From an uncultured Fibrobacterota bacterium (GTDB taxonomy: Bacteria; Fibrobacterota; Chitinivibrionia; Chitinivibrionales; FEN-1185), in assembly GCA_963753345.1 (NCBI GenBank), contig CAVWBU010000048.1, positions 1 to 64,000 on the forward strand: DNA of 64,000 nucleotides, given 5' to 3'. Position numbers and translations under genes: made by a program. Under the pieces are notes generated by a model. The model made no database searches. It worked only from the letters and a program-made list of their open reading frames with translations, and was not told the DNA's origin. Positions within the stretch are counted from its first letter, which is position 1, and each line of letters opens with the position of its first letter. Positions 31,128 to 41,569 of the stretch are shown in pieces.

Positions 31128-32429
31128 CTACAATTCGGCAACAAGCTGCTTGAGCTTGGTCTCGGCGGCTTTGAGATTGTATTCTATGTTGATGAGGCGC
31201 GTGCGCGAATCCTCGTAACTTTCCTGGGCCTGGCGAAGTTCGAGCGACGTGGATTGCCCCAGACGCAGCCGTTCCATGGATATGTCGAGATTCTCCTTGG
31301 CAAGGGCGTCGTTGGCCTTTTCGATGGCGAGAAGCTCGCGCTGGTTTTCGAATTCGTCAAGAGCATTCTGGAGCTGGCTTGCCACGCTCAGCTTGGTGCT
31401 TTTCAAATCGTATTCCGTTGATGAAAGCTGCAGTTTCGCCGCGGCGATCTGGCGGTAGACGTTTCCCGCCTGGTACAGCGGGATGGTAATGACCCCGCCG
31501 ACTTGGGGACCATAGGCGCGGTTCAGATAGAATGTGCTCTGGGGGTTATCTATCTGTGAGGCGGCATATCCCCCGCTTACCGTTATTTTGGGCAGGGCAA
31601 GCGTTCTTGCTTCCTGCAAAGTACGTCGGGCCACCTCCACTTGTTTCTGAAATGACAGAATGTCCACATTGCTTGCGAGAAGCTTCTGGACCATTTGAGT
31701 TTTGTCAGGCACGTAGGCAAGCGGTATGGAATCCGAAACATTAAAATCCTCGTTCGAGTCCCTGCACAAGAGCACGTTGAGGGCCCTTTTTGCCATCGTG
31801 ATGACGACTTCCTGCGCAAGCGCATTTTCCTTGAACACGTTGAGGTCTATCTGCGCCTGCAGCAGCGTTGTCTTGGGCGAAAGCCCCGCGCCAAAGCTTG
31901 TTTTTAGTATGGTCACCTGTTCTTGATTATAGGTAATCACTTCCCGGACGGATGCCAACTGCTGCTTCTGCCGGACAACGTCGTAATACGCGGCGGTCAC
32001 GTCATAGGCGGTCTGGAGCACCTTGGTCTTGAATTGCAACATGCCAAGCGATTCCAACTCGCCAAGCTTCTTCTTGGTGACAAACATCTTGCCGCCGTCG
32101 AAAAGCGTCCAGTTGAGAACCGCTTCTGCGGCAAAGGTGCTGGCTCCAATTTTGTCGTAACTTGGATTAGCTGCGGGCTTATCGTAGCCGCTGTTGAGCG
32201 AATAATTGTCCGACCCGGTCACGGCCACCGTCGGCAGCATCCCCGCATTGCCCGGCGTATTGTTTGCTTTCGCGATTTCCGCGTCGTTGTGCGCCACCAG
32301 AATGTCGTAGTTGTTCTTGAGCGCGACGCTCACCGCCTCGTCGGCGGTGAGCAGGGGTTGCGCGCCTGCGATTGTGCACCATGCGGCCAGGAGAAACGGG
32401 GCGCCGAAGTTGTTTTTCATCGTCAGCAT
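31128..32429 (-). CDS. TolC-family outer membrane efflux protein
   Basis: Signal peptide, ALKNN, WTLFDGG, helical repeats; downstream of the RND gene. Confidence 0.88.
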   Translation of the reverse strand: MLTMKNNFGAPFLLAAWCTIAGAQPLLTADEAVSVALKNNYDILVAHNDAEIAKANNTPGNAGMLPTVAVTGSDNYSLNSGYDKPAANPSYDKIGASTFAAEAVLNWTLFDGGKMFVTKKKLGELESLGMLQFKTKVLQTAYDVTAAYYDVVRQKQQLASVREVITYNQEQVTILKTSFGAGLSPKTTLLQAQIDLNVFKENALAQEVVITMAKRALNVLLCRDSNEDFNVSDSIPLAYVPDKTQMVQKLLASNVDILSFQKQVEVARRTLQEARTLALPKITVSGGYAASQIDNPQSTFYLNRAYGPQVGGVITIPLYQAGNVYRQIAAAKLQLSSTEYDLKSTKLSVASQLQNALDEFENQRELLAIEKANDALAKENLDISMERLRLGQSTSLELRQAQESYEDSRTRLINIEYNLKAAETKLKQLVAEL

Positions 32430-35400
32430 CTATGCGGGCCGTTTCGGTTGAGGGGCGGCTCCAGGAACGTCTTTCCGGTCTTTCGACATCATCGTATACA
32501 TAACGGGAATAACGAACAGCGTAAGGATGAGCGCGAACAGCAATCCTCCGTCAACCACCACGCCGAGCGGCTTGCGGCTTTCCGCGCCCGCCCCGAGCCC
32601 GAGCGTTATGGGCAACGCGCCGAACACGGTCGCCAGCGACGTCATAAGGATGGGCCGCAGCCGCGCGGCAGCGGCCTCCATGGTCGCTTCGATCTTGGCC
32701 AAACCCGCTTTGCGTTTCTGATTTGCAAACTCAACGATAAGGATGCCGTTCTTGGTGACGAGGCCGATAAGCATGATCATGCCGATTTCAGAAAAAATAT
32801 TCATGGTCATACCGAACAGTCCGAGCGACAGCATGGCGCCTGCAATGGCGAGCGGCACGGTGAGCATGATGATGAACGGCTCGCGAAAACTCTCGAACTG
32901 GAACGCCAGGATGAGATAGATGAACAGGAGCGCGAGAACGAGCGCGAACGACGTATTGGAGCTGCTCTCGGCAAAGTCCCGCGAAGGGCCTGAAAGCTCG
33001 GTGTGGAACGTTCCGTCAAGAACCTTTTTGGCGATCTTCCGCATTTCCGCGATCCCCTCGCCCAGCGCCTTTCCCTGCGCGAGCGTCGCCGACACGGTCG
33101 CCGACTTGTACCGGTTGTAATGGTACAGCGTAGGCGGGCTGCTGTTTTCGGTCATGGTGACAAGGTTGTCAAGCTGGATAAGATTGCCTGCGTTGTTCCG
33201 GACATACAGCGAGGTGATGTCCGCCGGCTTGTTCCGCTCCGACCTGTCAACCTGGCCGATCACCATGTATTGTTTCCCGCTGCGCAAGTAGTACTCGTAC
33301 AGGCGTCCGCTCAGGGCATAGTCGAGCGTGGTGGAAACGTCGACCACGTTGACGCCAAGGTCGGTCGCCTTAAGCCTGTTGACGGTGAGATCAACTTCCG
33401 GCTTGTTGAACTTAAGGTCAACGTCAATGCTGCCGAACACCGGATCGCCGCGTGCCTCGTCGAGGAATTTGGGAAGGGCTTCCTGCAGCTTGCTAAAGTC
33501 AAGGTTCTGAATCACAAATTGCACCGGCAATTGGCGGCCCGCGGAGAGCGACGTGGATATGGTCTGTTCCTGAATCGGCACCACGCGCGCGGCAGGAAAG
33601 CGCCTGTACATTTTAGAAAGCCTGTCGTACACCTGCTGCTGGGTAGCTTTGCGCTCGTTGGGTTCAAGTAGAAATGTCTGGACCGCGCCGGAATTCGTCG
33701 CGCCGCCGCCCAAGCCTGCGCCGGCAAAAAGCAACCGCGCCTCGGATATGCTGTCCATTTCCAGCTGCGCAATACGGTCCACCAGGTTCTGCGTGTAATC
33801 GAAGCCCGTGCCTTCGGGAAGCGTGATGTTCGCACGGATGAGGCTGTGGTCTTCCAGCGGCGCAAGTTCGGACTTGAGCGTCTTGCCGAAGAAGACGATG
33901 GCCGCGAGGCAGACCCCGAGAATCACGAACGAAAGCCATTTCCTTCGCATGAATCCGGCAAGAATTCTCCGGTAGTTTGCCTCAAGACCTGCAAAGAACG
34001 GCTCGGTTGCCCTGTAGAAACGCGAATGCTGCGTGTTGATCCTTCCGAGCTTGAGATTGAGCACCGGCGTGAGGGTGAGCGCCACGAACGCGGACACGAG
34101 CACCGCGCCCGCCAGCACGATGCCGAATTCGCGAAACAACCTGCCCGTAAATCCCTGCAGGAAAATAACCGGAATAAAAACAACCGCAAGGGTCATCGAG
34201 GTGGCGATGACCACAAAGAACACTTCGCGCGTCCCCAGTATGCACGCGTCCCAGATCCCCATACCCCGCTCGATTTTCTTATAAATGTTTTCGGTGACCA
34301 CGATGCCGTCGTCGACCACGAGGCCGGTGGCAAGCACAATGGCAAGGAGCGTGAGCACGTTGATTGAAAACCCGAAGACATACATGATGAAGAACGCGCT
34401 GATAAGGGACACGGGAATGTCGAGGAGCGGCCGCAGAGCCAGTATCCAGTTCCTGAAGAACAGGAACACGATCAGGATCACCAGAAAGAGCGCGATGCCG
34501 ATCGTCATTCTCACGTCGCCCACCGAAGCCCTCACGAACTTCGACTTATCATATCCGATATCAAGTTTGAGCCCCGGGGGAAGGTTCTTTTGTATTTCGT
34601 CAAACCGCTTGTAGAATTCGTTGGCGATTTCGATTGTGTTGGCACCCGGCAGGGGCAGAAGAGCCACGAAAATTCCATCAGCGCCGTTGAACTTGATGCC
34701 GGTCTCGGGATTTTCCGGGCCGAGCACTGCCTCGCCGATGTCGCTGAATTTGACCACTTGGTCGTTTGTCTGCCGGATGATGAGGTTGTTGAAGTCCTCT
34801 TCAGTCACGAGCAGGCCGAAGGTCTTGACTATCAGCTCAGTGGATTTGCCGGAAAGTTTTCCGCTGGGAAGCTCGACATTCTCCTTTGCCAATACCGCAT
34901 TGACATCCTGGGGAGTGATGTTGTACGCAGCCATCTTGTCGGGGTTGAGCCACAATCGCATGGCCGGCCGCTTCTGGCCGAAGAGCTGAACGGAACTCAG
35001 GCCTGGGATGGTCTGCAGCTTTTCCTGCAGGATGTTTTCCGCGTAATCGCTGAGCTCGAGCGCGTTCATGGTGGTGCTCTGCACCGAAACAACGATGATA
35101 GGGTCGCTATTGGCGTCGGCCTTGGTGACCACGGGCGGCGCGTCGATATCAACCGGAAGATTGCGTGCCGCCTGGGAAACCTTGTCACGCACGTCGTTCG
35201 CCGCTTTTTCCAAGTCCGCGCCGACATTGAACTCAACCGTGATATTGCTGCTGCCTGTTGCCGACGATGACGAAATCGACTTGATCCCCTCGATGCCATT
35301 GATCGCCTTTTCGAGCGGCTCGGTTATTCGCGATTCGATGATATCGGCGTTCGCACCCGTGTAATTCGTGCGCACATTGATTACCGGAGGATCGATGGCG

Positions 35401-35513
35401 GGATACAACCGCACGCCCAGAAAATTGAAGCCCACGGCGCCGAGCAGCACGATCACCAGGCTCATGACGATCGAGGCGACAGGGCGATGGAGTGAAAATT
35501 CGGAAAGGGTCAT
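32430..35513 (-). CDS. RND efflux transporter permease (AcrB family)
   Basis: 1027 aa; GLVVDDGIVVTEN, GLVTKNGILIVEFA and RLRPILMT. Confidence 0.95.
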   Translation of the reverse strand: MTLSEFSLHRPVASIVMSLVIVLLGAVGFNFLGVRLYPAIDPPVINVRTNYTGANADIIESRITEPLEKAINGIEGIKSISSSSATGSSNITVEFNVGADLEKAANDVRDKVSQAARNLPVDIDAPPVVTKADANSDPIIVVSVQSTTMNALELSDYAENILQEKLQTIPGLSSVQLFGQKRPAMRLWLNPDKMAAYNITPQDVNAVLAKENVELPSGKLSGKSTELIVKTFGLLVTEEDFNNLIIRQTNDQVVKFSDIGEAVLGPENPETGIKFNGADGIFVALLPLPGANTIEIANEFYKRFDEIQKNLPPGLKLDIGYDKSKFVRASVGDVRMTIGIALFLVILIVFLFFRNWILALRPLLDIPVSLISAFFIMYVFGFSINVLTLLAIVLATGLVVDDGIVVTENIYKKIERGMGIWDACILGTREVFFVVIATSMTLAVVFIPVIFLQGFTGRLFREFGIVLAGAVLVSAFVALTLTPVLNLKLGRINTQHSRFYRATEPFFAGLEANYRRILAGFMRRKWLSFVILGVCLAAIVFFGKTLKSELAPLEDHSLIRANITLPEGTGFDYTQNLVDRIAQLEMDSISEARLLFAGAGLGGGATNSGAVQTFLLEPNERKATQQQVYDRLSKMYRRFPAARVVPIQEQTISTSLSAGRQLPVQFVIQNLDFSKLQEALPKFLDEARGDPVFGSIDVDLKFNKPEVDLTVNRLKATDLGVNVVDVSTTLDYALSGRLYEYYLRSGKQYMVIGQVDRSERNKPADITSLYVRNNAGNLIQLDNLVTMTENSSPPTLYHYNRYKSATVSATLAQGKALGEGIAEMRKIAKKVLDGTFHTELSGPSRDFAESSSNTSFALVLALLFIYLILAFQFESFREPFIIMLTVPLAIAGAMLSLGLFGMTMNIFSEIGMIMLIGLVTKNGILIVEFANQKRKAGLAKIEATMEAAAARLRPILMTSLATVFGALPITLGLGAGAESRKPLGVVVDGGLLFALILTLFVIPVMYTMMSKDRKDVPGAAPQPKRPA

Positions 35514-35519
35514 ACCGGA

Positions 35520-36587
35520 TTACTGCACCACTCTAGAGAATTTCAGGTCTGCGCCCGGCTTCAGGAAAAGCACTCCGGTGGTCACCACGGTGTCCCCCGC
35601 CTCAATGCCGTCGAGCACTTCGACGGTCGAAGCCTGGCGCACGCCCGTTGTCACGCTGACAAACTTCGCTTTGCCGTTTTTCGCGATAATCAATTGTTTG
35701 GTCCGTTCCTGCGGGATAATCGCCTGCGTGGGGACCATTAGCGCATTCTTGTTTTCTCCCAACTCCAGTTCGACATTTGCAAACGCACCCGGTTTTAACT
35801 CCGCATCTTTGTTCCTTACAATGGCACGTGCCTTAAGGTTACGGGTGGTGACGTCGATCCCCTCTTCGGTCGCCATGACCGTGGCTTCATGTTTTGCATC
35901 GTCGCCCTGCACCGTAAAACTCACCTTCATTCCCGCTTTGACTATTCCGCTGTACTTTTCCGGAACGCTGAAGTCCAGCTTGAGCTGAGTAACGGAGCGG
36001 ATCGTGGCAAGCGCGGTCCCGGGAGTCACCTCTGCGCCCACGCTCACGTTCCGCAACCCGATCACCCCGTCAAAAGGGGCGCGCACCTCGGTCTTGCGTA
36101 GTTGCGCCTTGAGAATGTCGATATCCGCCTTGATCGAGCTTACCTGCAGGACCGCCTGGTCGTAATCCGACTGGCTGATGCCGTTGATCTTTATCAGCTC
36201 GCTCTGCCTCTTCTGCGTTTGTTCCGCAATGTCAAGTTGTGTCTGCGACTTCTTCAGGCTTGCCTGCAGATCCTCGTCGAACAGTTTGACCACCAATGTT
36301 CCCTGTCTTACAAGCTTTCCTTCCGGCAGGTTGATCGCCACCACCCTGCCCGCCACATCGGGCATAAGCACGGTTTCTTCAAAGGGCATGAGCGTGCCGG
36401 AAATCGAAATGGCCTGTATCACCACGCTCTGTTTCACCACAAACCCCTCCACGACCGGCGTTGCGTTGAATTTGTTGACCGCGGCATTTGCCGGCGCCTT
36501 TGAATGGCATGCGCAGAGCGCACAAAGCGCGCAGAGCGCGCAAACAAGCAGGTGCGAGCAGCGTGGGACGACAGGCTTTTTTATCAT
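35520..36587 (-). CDS. RND efflux membrane fusion (periplasmic adaptor) protein
   Basis: VRAPFDGVIG, LKPGAFA and VLDGIEAGDTVV; start uncertain. Confidence 0.9.
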   Translation of the reverse strand: MIKKPVVPRCSHLLVCALCALCALCACHSKAPANAAVNKFNATPVVEGFVVKQSVVIQAISISGTLMPFEETVLMPDVAGRVVAINLPEGKLVRQGTLVVKLFDEDLQASLKKSQTQLDIAEQTQKRQSELIKINGISQSDYDQAVLQVSSIKADIDILKAQLRKTEVRAPFDGVIGLRNVSVGAEVTPGTALATIRSVTQLKLDFSVPEKYSGIVKAGMKVSFTVQGDDAKHEATVMATEEGIDVTTRNLKARAIVRNKDAELKPGAFANVELELGENKNALMVPTQAIIPQERTKQLIIAKNGKAKFVSVTTGVRQASTVEVLDGIEAGDTVVTTGVLFLKPGADLKFSRVVQ

Positions 36588-36795
36588 AGTGGATGATGAC
36601 CCGGTAAAGGTTTTTTCTGCGCGCGCTGCGCGCGAAGCGCGCGGGGACCGGCGATTGAACCGATTTTTGTCCAAGAAGCGTTCTCTGAAATTAATTCGTG
36701 TTTGTTAGCCATAGGTTAGTTCTCAACAATGTTGTTTGACTACGCGTAAACACACCTTGTTACGGAAACCGCACCCTCTCTTCGTGCCCCGCTCG

Positions 36796-38199
36796 CTATC
36801 GGGCTCCGTCATCTGCCCATTTCGCAAAATCGAACCCGGTCGCCTGCATCAGGGCAAAGCGGCTCAGCGTGTACCGGAATTCGCTCTGCACGCGGGCAAA
36901 TTTGGCCTGGGTATATTTCTCCTCTGCGTCGAGCAGGTCGAGGTTTTGAATCGCACCCGCTTCGTACTGCAACGTCGCTATGCGCCTGGATTCGCCGGCG
37001 AGCCGGATGTTTTCGGCCGCCTCCGAGAGGTTTTCGTACGCGCTCTTAACATCTGCAATTGCCTTGAGCACGTCGGTGCGAACGCGGCGCAAAAGATCGT
37101 CATGCATGGTGCGCAGACTGTCGAGGTGAGCCTGAAGCTCTTTGATATGAAAGTGGGTTTTGCGACCGTCGAATATCGGCGCGTTTATCTGCGCGGCGGC
37201 GACAGTGTTGAATTGCAACTGATCGAGGTTGGGAAAATATCCGTTCTTCTCTCCGGCCGAAACGTGCGCCGTGAGCGCAGGGGCCATTTCGAGGCGTGCG
37301 AGGGAAAGTTGGAGTTGCACTATTTTCGTTGCAGTGTCAAAAAGAGCGATTTCTGTCCGCTGCTTGAGGGCCGCATCGATAAGCGAATCCTTGGGAGGCT
37401 CCTTGAAGCTGGAATCGAAAGCGCCCGTGCAGTTTGCAGGCGCCGATTCACCGAGCCCGAGGAGCAGACGGAAGTCGATCTGCTGTTTGGCACGGTCGTT
37501 GTCGAGATTCGTGAGTTCGGTTTGCGAATTGGTGAGATCGACTTCGGATCGTAAAACATCGAATTCCGTCGCGCTTCCCGTTGCCAGCCTCTTCTTGACA
37601 AAATCGAGGTGCTCCTTGAGATTGCCGATGTTCTCCTGTTTGGCGGCAATCAGTTGAGCGCTGGCGAGCAGAGATTCGAACGCGATGATCGTCTGGTAGC
37701 TCACTGCCTTGGCTGCCAGATCGGTACCGGTCTGGAGCGCCCGCTCGCCGAGGGAGGCAAGCCTAACTGCATTCTGTCGTTTCCCGAAATCGAAGAGCAG
37801 GTAATCTGCGCCGATATGAAGGTCCCAATTGTTGGCGGGGTATAATTGAAAAGGTACATTCATTGGAGTTACTTCGTAGTAACCGGTGTTTGGGTCCCTG
37901 TAAGCCGGGATCGGAAGCCCCAAGTTCATTTTTTCAAGCGGGTATAAATTCGTATACGACCCAGTTCCGCTCACCGTCGGCCACCATCCGCTCTTTGCCT
38001 GGCTCGTTCTCGCTTGTGCCGCGGCAAGCCCCTGCTTCGCGGCGTTGAGCGCCGCGCTGTTCTTTACGGCCAGCGAAATGGCGTTTGTCAGCGAGAGTGA
38101 ATCTGCGGTCTCGCAGAGCGCGCCGGACGCGGCAAAAACACAAAGGCACAGAGCGAACACCGGTTTCCCGGCACTTGTTTTCATCCTGATCATTCTCAT
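36796..38199 (-). CDS. TolC-family outer membrane efflux protein
   Basis: Signal peptide, LLFDFG, PIFDG and YEAGAIQNLDLLDAE. Confidence 0.88.
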   Translation of the reverse strand: MRMIRMKTSAGKPVFALCLCVFAASGALCETADSLSLTNAISLAVKNSAALNAAKQGLAAAQARTSQAKSGWWPTVSGTGSYTNLYPLEKMNLGLPIPAYRDPNTGYYEVTPMNVPFQLYPANNWDLHIGADYLLFDFGKRQNAVRLASLGERALQTGTDLAAKAVSYQTIIAFESLLASAQLIAAKQENIGNLKEHLDFVKKRLATGSATEFDVLRSEVDLTNSQTELTNLDNDRAKQQIDFRLLLGLGESAPANCTGAFDSSFKEPPKDSLIDAALKQRTEIALFDTATKIVQLQLSLARLEMAPALTAHVSAGEKNGYFPNLDQLQFNTVAAAQINAPIFDGRKTHFHIKELQAHLDSLRTMHDDLLRRVRTDVLKAIADVKSAYENLSEAAENIRLAGESRRIATLQYEAGAIQNLDLLDAEEKYTQAKFARVQSEFRYTLSRFALMQATGFDFAKWADDGAR

Positions 38200-38242
38200 T
38201 GCACCCCGTTCAAAAAATTGTCGAATCGTATAAGGTCCCGCG

Positions 38243-39838
38243 TCACGGCCTCATCGCCGGCGCGGCCAGAGCCTTCTTTCGCGTTTTCAATATCAGAATG
38301 GGAATGGCGCATGCCGCAGTGCACAGCGCGGAAATAAGGAAATCGTCGTTGATGCCCCAGACGAACATCTGCTGGGAGAAATGTGACATTATAACCATCG
38401 AACTTTGCGCAGCTGCGTTCTGGATCGTCGATCCGGCGTCGTGCACGGCATGCGCCTGAATCATCTGGAGGCTGTGGGAAAAAACCGGCGACGAACGGTT
38501 GAGCAGGGCCCCGGAAACGGCCGTATGGAAAACGACGCGCTGCGTCAGGAGCGTCTGAAGTACAGCCACGCCGAAGCTGCCGCCCACCTGGCGAATAACG
38601 TTCATTAATCCGGAAGCCTGCGCCATTTCGGTCCTTGAGATTTCGGTGAGTGCAAGCGCGGACAGCGGCGAGAAAAGCATGCCCATGGCGAAGCCGCGCA
38701 AATACATGGGAAACATGATCTGGTCATGCTGGGAAAAAATGGAAAGCCTGGAATTGAGATAGAAGCTGAGCGTAAACAGGGTGATCCCGGTGACAATGGG
38801 AATCTTCGGATTTATCTTGTCGGAAGAGAACCCGGCAATGGGCCCGGTGACCGCCTGGATGATGCCGATGGGCAGCAGCACCATGCCCGATTGCAATGCG
38901 GTGTAGCCGAGGATGTTCTGCAGGTACACGGGAATCAGGAACACGCTGCCGAACATGCCCACGCCGAACATGAACATCACGATATTGGTGAGCCCGAAGT
39001 TGTATTTGACAAGAAGCCGCAGTTGGACCAACGGGTTCTCAACGTTGAGTTCGGTCACGATGAACACCACGAACCCCGCTGCCGCCAGGGCAAAGCACAG
39101 CATCATGACGTCGGACGTCCACCCGCCCGTGTTCCACTGGGCGTTGCCGCTTGCAAGGGCAAAGAGCAGAAACCCCAGAAATACGGAGAGCGACAGGAAG
39201 CCGGTCATGTCGAACGACCGCGCGCGCTGCGTCTTGTATTCGCGCTGGATCACCCACGTGGCGAAGAAGCAGATGATTCCTATCGGGACATTGATATTGA
39301 AAATCAGATGCCAGTCGAAATTATCGGCTATGTATCCGCCGAACATCGGCCCCAGCGATACCGAGGCGGCGGCGGAAATGGACCAGAACCCCATGGCAAG
39401 CCCCCGCTTTTCGGGCGGAAATTCCCGCATGATGATCGCCATGCCGAGGGGCTGCAGGAGGCCGCCGCCCATGCCTTGACCGACGCGCATGACGATAAGC
39501 GAGTGCTCGTTCCACGATATGCCGCAGAGAAACGAAAACAGGGTGAAAATTGCCAGGCCCACGGCGTAGGTACGCTTGTAGCCGAAGCGATCGGCAATCC
39601 AGCCCGAGCAGGGCAGCATGACGGCGAACGCGAGCATGTAGCCGGTAAGGATCCACTGCGCAACGTCGACGGAGATGCCGAACGACGCCATGATCTTGGG
39701 CAGCGCCGTATTCACGACGGTTGAATCGAGCACCACCATGAACCCGCTGATCATGATGTTGGCAAGCACCCACCATTTGTACGAGTCGTGCTCGTGGTGA
39801 AGCGACGGGACGTTGTTGACAAATCGCTGGCGGAGCAT
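38243..39838 (-). CDS. DHA2/EmrB-family MFS efflux permease
   Basis: LDSTVVNTALP, IFNINVPIG and RQVGGSFG; many transmembrane helices. Confidence 0.93.
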   Translation of the reverse strand: MLRQRFVNNVPSLHHEHDSYKWWVLANIMISGFMVVLDSTVVNTALPKIMASFGISVDVAQWILTGYMLAFAVMLPCSGWIADRFGYKRTYAVGLAIFTLFSFLCGISWNEHSLIVMRVGQGMGGGLLQPLGMAIIMREFPPEKRGLAMGFWSISAAASVSLGPMFGGYIADNFDWHLIFNINVPIGIICFFATWVIQREYKTQRARSFDMTGFLSLSVFLGFLLFALASGNAQWNTGGWTSDVMMLCFALAAAGFVVFIVTELNVENPLVQLRLLVKYNFGLTNIVMFMFGVGMFGSVFLIPVYLQNILGYTALQSGMVLLPIGIIQAVTGPIAGFSSDKINPKIPIVTGITLFTLSFYLNSRLSIFSQHDQIMFPMYLRGFAMGMLFSPLSALALTEISRTEMAQASGLMNVIRQVGGSFGVAVLQTLLTQRVVFHTAVSGALLNRSSPVFSHSLQMIQAHAVHDAGSTIQNAAAQSSMVIMSHFSQQMFVWGINDDFLISALCTAACAIPILILKTRKKALAAPAMRP

Positions 39839-39844
39839 GGGAGC

Positions 39845-40840
39845 CTATTTTGAAAAAATTCGCGTGTAGGCAGACAGGCCGGGCAGCAGCGACACCGCTG
39901 CCGGGCTCGACTCGATGGCGATCTTAACCGGCACGCGCTGGGTCACCTTGGTGAAATTGCCCGACGCGTTGCTTGCCGGAATCAGAGAGAACTCCGAACC
40001 CGTGGACCGGCCTATGCTTTCCACTTTGCCGGAAATCCGCTGCCCGGGGAACGCGTCTATGGTGATCTGCACACGCATGCCCGGCCGAATCGACCGTAGT
40101 TTGGTTTCCTCGTAGTTCGCCGTCACCCATACATGCTTGTTGTCGAACATGGAATAAATGGCCTGTCCCGGAGACAGCACGTCGCCCGAGAGCACCCACC
40201 GCCTCGCGATGATGCCGGCAAAGGGCGCGGTAATAACCGTATTGGCAAGCTGCGTATTGACAATTGCAAGATCGGCCTTGGCTCCCGCGACCTGCGCCTC
40301 GTCCCTGTCGATCTGCGCCTCGGCGAGCTTGCGGGCGTTTTCCGCGTGGTTGTACTGCTCCTGCGATACGATCTGGCTCTTGAACTGTTTCTCGATGCGT
40401 TCATAGTCGTCGAGCGCCTTGGCCTTGTTGACCGACGATATCTCCACGCTGCGGGTGATGATCCGCAGCGACGCCTGGGCCTTTGCAAGCTGCGCGCGCA
40501 GGTCCGCGTCGTCGAGCTTCACCATGGTGTCACCGGCGCTCACCGTATCGCCCTCGTCATACTTGAGCATCGTGATCCGCCCGGGAATTTTGGAGGCTAT
40601 CGTGGCGCGGTACGCTTCAACGAACGCATCATCGGTGGCTATGGAGCTGAAGCGGGCGACGTACCAGATGCATACCGCTACGGTAAGACCGACCACAAGA
40701 AGAAACAGAGGAATGATGACGCGCTTCCGCTTGAACATCGGCACCTCGTCGATCGGCTCGTCGCCGTTGCCCGGGGCGGCGCCCGCGTTCTGGGGCTGTT
40801 GTGGCCAATCGGATTTGGGCGGTTGGGATGATGCGTTCAT
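39845..40840 (-). CDS. EmrA/HlyD-family membrane fusion protein
   Basis: TDDAFV, WVTANYEET and NASGNFTKVTQRVPV. Confidence 0.93.
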   Translation of the reverse strand: MNASSQPPKSDWPQQPQNAGAAPGNGDEPIDEVPMFKRKRVIIPLFLLVVGLTVAVCIWYVARFSSIATDDAFVEAYRATIASKIPGRITMLKYDEGDTVSAGDTMVKLDDADLRAQLAKAQASLRIITRSVEISSVNKAKALDDYERIEKQFKSQIVSQEQYNHAENARKLAEAQIDRDEAQVAGAKADLAIVNTQLANTVITAPFAGIIARRWVLSGDVLSPGQAIYSMFDNKHVWVTANYEETKLRSIRPGMRVQITIDAFPGQRISGKVESIGRSTGSEFSLIPASNASGNFTKVTQRVPVKIAIESSPAAVSLLPGLSAYTRIFSK

Positions 40841-41460
40841 GTTTCTTTTACTCCGCTGTGTTGACGTGAAATTCCCTTAAGCAGGATGTCGAGAAAGCGC
40901 AGCACTTCGCTGCGATAGGACCGGATATCCGATTCTTTCGGTTCCTGTTGGTGCATGGTCGTGATGAACCGCATGCGCAGCCCCTGAAGAACGTGCTGGA
41001 CCAGCAGCGCAATTTTTTCCGGAAAATCAATGGCAAATTCGCGCCTTTTTTTCCCCTCGCGCATGATGGCCTTCAGAAACCGCGTCTCGGTGCTGGTGAA
41101 TTCGTGGAACAGATCGCGCATGATGGGCTTGACCAGGTACGCTGCGCGCACCTCGATGATCCTGAGATCGAGCAGGGAGCCAAGCAGTCTCAGGTGCTCC
41201 GCGAAATACCCGGAAAGCTTGTCGGAGACGGTCGCGCGTCCCTTGACGATCGCTTCCATGCGGTCGGCAAAATCCCGCTGCTCAACCGCCACCACGTGCC
41301 GGTAAAGGTCTTCTTTGGTCGGAAAATAATAGTACAGTGCTGCCTTGCTCATGCCGAGATCAGCCGCGATTTCGTCCATGGTGACCTTGGTAAGGCCATG
41401 CCGTCCAAAGCGCTCCCGCGCCGCGTTAAGGATGGCTGTGTGCCTGTCGTGGTTCTGCAT
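40837..41460 (-). CDS. TetR/AcrR-family transcriptional regulator
   Basis: VTMDEIAADLGMSKAALYYYFPTKEDL. Confidence 0.93.
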   Translation of the reverse strand: MQNHDRHTAILNAARERFGRHGLTKVTMDEIAADLGMSKAALYYYFPTKEDLYRHVVAVEQRDFADRMEAIVKGRATVSDKLSGYFAEHLRLLGSLLDLRIIEVRAAYLVKPIMRDLFHEFTSTETRFLKAIMREGKKRREFAIDFPEKIALLVQHVLQGLRMRFITTMHQQEPKESDIRSYRSEVLRFLDILLKGISRQHSGVKET

Positions 41461-41483
41461 GATGATTATACGGACAAGGGTTA

Positions 41484-41519
41484 CTGACTATTTTACCAAA
41501 AAAGTCAGGCGGTAAAATA
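41484..41519. promoter_or_regulatory. Putative TetR operator (two interleaved inverted repeats)
   Basis: CTGACT(41484-41489)/AGTCAG(41503-41508) and TATTTTACC(41489-41497)/GGTAAAATA(41511-41519), just upstream of tetR. Confidence 0.5.
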
Positions 41520-41569
41520 CTCGGTGGCGGCGGGAAAGGCAACTTATTCGCAAAGACATCACTATAACA

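Noticed and set aside
36511-36545. 9-bp tandem encoding CALCALCALCAC in the adaptor N-terminus
   Set aside because: Probably slippage within a signal peptide; no evidence for a metal-binding role.
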